This document shows, piece after piece, positions 60,730 through 64,000 of a DNA stretch of 64,000 nt. How positions within the stretch are numbered: position 1 is the first letter of the stretch; the number at the start of each line of letters is the position of its first letter. A model generated the notes under the pieces. The model searched no databases. It was not told the origin of the DNA and was given only the letters and a program-made list of their open reading frames with translations. Made by a program: the position numbers and the translations under genes. Origin of the DNA: Dimorphilus gyrociliatus (Eukaryota; Animalia; Annelida); the NCBI GenBank assembly GCA_904063045.1, contig CAJFCJ010000015.1, positions 995,923-1,059,922 on the forward strand. The letters run 5' to 3'.

Positions 60730-61250
60730 CTTCAATAATATTGGTCGCGTTGAATAAAAATAAAACAAGGCATCCTACTTTTATCTTGCATGAGATAGAA
60801 TCGAATTTTCGTCTGCGGAAAAGTTAATCCCGCAGTTATTTTTTACGCCCGCACTGAATGACTACCAGGAATTCAATACGAAGTCAATTTGGCGCTTATT
60901 ATAAATTGTTTAAAAGTAGCTTTAGTTTAAAAAATACTTAATTATATCATATCTGACCGTATATATTGTACGTAGGTGGGTAAATATTGCTTATAGTAGG
61001 AATACTTATAGCACATTCCTATTAACAATATCTAAAAATATCTTCCTGGAAAAATACATGGAATAGCATTGTAATGAGTCAGTTTGGCGCTTAGTATTTC
61101 AAGCACTTTTAGTATTTAGTATCATTAATTCTAGCGTTATCGTGAAAGCAAACAAAAAGTACAATGATTAGAGAATATATATGGAAAATTTATTAATCAT
61201 CTTTAAAGTTGCATTGATTCGTGCTTTTTATCGGTTGAAAAAACATAAAT

Positions 61251-62496
61251 TTACGTATTTGAACAATTAGACACAAACTTTTTGACTAATCTTGCTAAAT
61301 TCGGATATTTATGAATATGCTTATGACCATAGCCTAAGTCAGCGTTGAATGCTTTAAATGAAACTTTTCTATTCGAAGCCCTAGCTGCTGATAATAGCTT
61401 TTCGCCTAACTCGAATGGAACAATACCATCATCGTAGGCGTGTAAAATTAAAATTGGTGAATTAACTTTAGTTATTCTTTCTTCACTGATAAAACGTAAA
61501 TTCTGTTTCGCAAAAGCTTGAAAAAAGATATCCGCAATCGGTGGAATTCTCATAAATGGTTGGGCTAGTGGAAAATGTTTTGCCGCATCTTCTAAGCGAT
61601 TAAAAGGAGCTTCCAGAATGATACCCTCGTACGACTCTTTCAATAATGATAAACGTTCAGCCAAACCAAGACTAATGGCAGTTCCTAAAGAATGTCCCCA
61701 AATAAAAACTTTACTTTCGTGCTTCAAAAGCCATTTATAAGCGGCCAAAGCGTCACCAATAACTTGTTCTTCCGACGGTCTACCCTTAGAATCTCCAAAG
61801 CCGCTATAATCAATCGCTAAAACGTTATAACCAGCCGTTTTAGCAATAACATTGTATAGTCTTGTTCTATGCCAAGCTGCCCTAGTCCCTGCGTTTCCGT
61901 GTAAATAAAGAAAAGTAGGAATTCCTGATTTTAGAGCTAGTGTATAGTTTTTCTCTGTATACAATTCCGAATGATTTCCCGAAAGAACAAGCCAAGCACC
62001 TAATTGCATATCATTATCTCTGTCTATTTGCAAAAGGAAAGTCTTTTCCAGACCGTATTTCTCCGGATGACGTAAATCCCTGAATGGGGGCCATTGAAGA
62101 TGATTTAAGAAAACTAATTCGGCAGCAAGAGAGGAATCCAACCAAATTGATGTAGGTACAGCAATATAAATCACAACACCTAGTACCGAAAAGAATTTGG
62201 CAACACTCAGCCTGTAAAAAAATTTATTAAGATTTTTTAGGGCTGTTATTTAGTTTCAAGGACGTTATATTAACAATAACTTACAGAACGTGTCCAGCCG
62301 TAGTAGCATGATCATAAAAGTAACCAATTATAGCTTTACCGAATGGTTCTTTTATGTTGAATCTGGCATTTTTTTGTTTCTTTTGTCTATTTATTCATAA
62401 ATATTAATGATTAAATTTGCATAATTAGAATACTCACTTTACGTTATTGACCCGACGAGGGTTGGTATTAGATATTGTCCTCTTCTTGGTCGTCAT
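61251..62496 (-). CDS. ABHD12: Lysophosphatidylserine lipase ABHD12-like alpha/beta hydrolase, 3 exons
   Basis: YLHGNAGTR, DYSGFGDS, WGHSLG nucleophile elbow, LHAYDDGIVP, GYGHKHI; two upstream exons splice in frame from the ATG at 62496 through a TM segment. Confidence 0.92.
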
Positions 62497-62743
62497 ATTA
62501 GTTTGTTTCTAAACACCAAAAATATTGTACATCAGTAAGGCCACTCGCTATGTTCTTTTCTCTATTACCTTCTGCTAAAAAAAATCAATAATATATACTG
62601 CAAAATTCATATACCCTTACATGTAATTATTTATAAAGATTTGCATAGAAAGATTGTAAAAAGCATAATTACACTATTGAAAAGTAAAGACAATTTTTTT
62701 TAATAATTTACAAGAGTGTAAACTCTTTGGGGCACTATTTTTT

Positions 62744-62753
62744 GTGACGTCAC
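62744..62753. promoter_or_regulatory. Full palindromic CRE (GTGACGTCAC) in a divergent promoter
   Basis: Perfect TGACGTCA octamer between the ABHD12 start and the next gene. Confidence 0.55.
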
Positions 62754-63170
62754 GCAATGAAAAACGAACGTAGCAGACGACAAAGTGCGCGCCGAAACTT
62801 GAACGTGCGCATTCGCTTTCTGTACAATAAAGGATCTTATTGTATTCTTAAAATATATAGACAGTACTTGTTAGAAAAGCCTCTTATAAGTTTCAATTTC
62901 TCCAATCCTAATCCGTCTGAACACGATTCGAAGGAAGGAGGAATACTAGCAGATTATTTCCATATATTTTCTATAGTGGCGCGTTAGGTATTCAAGTTAC
63001 TAATTCTCCAGTCCCGCCCTGCATGCTTCTCACAACATCTGCCAGGTGATCAATCTATCTACCGCGTTTATTGATTGAACGCATTTCACTGCAGGCAGCA
63101 TTCTCAAATACTCTATTCCCTTTGTCAGGAGTCTGTCTTCCTTTCTACTCCAAAAACTTAAATAGGAGAT

Positions 63171-64000
63171 ATGACTCTATCAAGTGAGGAAGAATTGGAA
63201 AACCCAAAAGTAAGTAAAGTATAATTTAATATTTGTTATAATAATAATAATAATAACAAAAATAATACTTCAAGAAATCGTGGCTATATTCTTTCAAAAT
63301 ATTATTACCTGTTGAATGATTTGCGTACCGAATAAGAAAAAAAATAATCAATGACAAAAAAGCTTTTGAATGCATTTAATCTTTACAAAGAAAACTGTTC
63401 AAGTGGATTTATGACTACGTTAAGCGATAAATATCCCTTAAAACCAAGAGATAAAATACAGTATGTAAAATAAAGGAAAATTCTGCATATACATTAAAAA
63501 TATTTATATAGATAAACTATTCATTACTTCACATATTTAATTAGCTTTTTAAATTGCAATTAGAATACTTTTTCCATTTTTAATAGGGGTATTAAAGGAT
63601 AGGTACTCGGATCTAATACAACTTTTTCCTAACTATTGTGTCGGCCTATTGATTTTCCTCTTTCTACAACCAGTTCGATAGTTCAAGCAATAAATGCCAA
63701 TATAGCCTAGTAGTTGTAGATTGTGTAACTAAAATTTTTTTTTTTAATGCGCCCTCTCTCGTTTTTTAAACTCTAAAATTTCAACGAAGAGAATTAAAAC
63801 TAAAAAAAATCGATGTTCATCAGCAGCACATCTGTTCAAAATTGATTTTTGTTTTTCATACCATAAACAGATCCAGTATGACAGTGACGGTGAGCCATAC
63901 GAAGATATTGGAATAGGTCGTCCAACTCTGGAAACACCTTTTTATCAGTCATTAAGAGAACGCTACCCAAGGGCGTTTAGGAGACGACTCAGCGTCCCAT
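63171..64000 (+). CDS. 5' part of an unidentified gene (truncated by the window end)
   Basis: MTLSSEEELENPK with a gtaagt donor joins in phase 0 to an exon from 63871 reading IQYDSDGEPYEDIGIGRPTLETPFYQSLRERYPRAFRRRLSVP, open to the end of the window. Confidence 0.55.

Noticed and set aside
1-64000. Prokaryotic features (operons, CRISPR, rRNA/tRNA) or an autonomous transposon
   Set aside because: Spliceosomal introns throughout; no repeat-spacer array, RNA gene or transposase/RT ORF was recognised.

Overview
AT-rich, gene-dense eukaryotic (animal) DNA with very short GT-AG introns (mostly about 50-70 nt), short intergenic spacers and (TA)n/(CT)n microsatellites. A compact invertebrate genome is inferred, possibly a miniaturised annelid such as Dimorphilus; the species cannot be confirmed from sequence alone. 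The supplied ORF track mostly shows exon fragments. Gene order: tetraspanin(-), prolyl 4-hydroxylase alpha(+), class A GPCR(-), a giant ~25.6 kb gene(-), two LicD-family transferases(+), RSL1D1(-), PARG(+), COG3(-), Tctex1-domain dynein light chain(+), orphan GPCR(-), LHFPL6(+), peptide-type GPCR(-), XPR1(-), ABHD12(-) and the start of an unidentified gene(+). The standout is the giant gene at 6373-32014. Splicing it by hand gives a type I membrane protein of roughly 7,500 aa: a signal peptide, 48 tandem FAMeT-like (Methyltransf_FA-type) beta domains by my hand count, a Thr-rich mucin stalk, one TM helix and a cytoplasmic FINPVY (FxNPxY) motif. The 48 domains appear to fall into four blocks of 12 separated by Pro/Thr hinges. 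About 26 domains carry a co-varying Cys pair, and the inter-domain introns I traced are phase 1. It looks like an undescribed giant endocytic or adhesion receptor rather than a methyltransferase. No tRNA, rRNA, CRISPR array or autonomous transposon was recognised.
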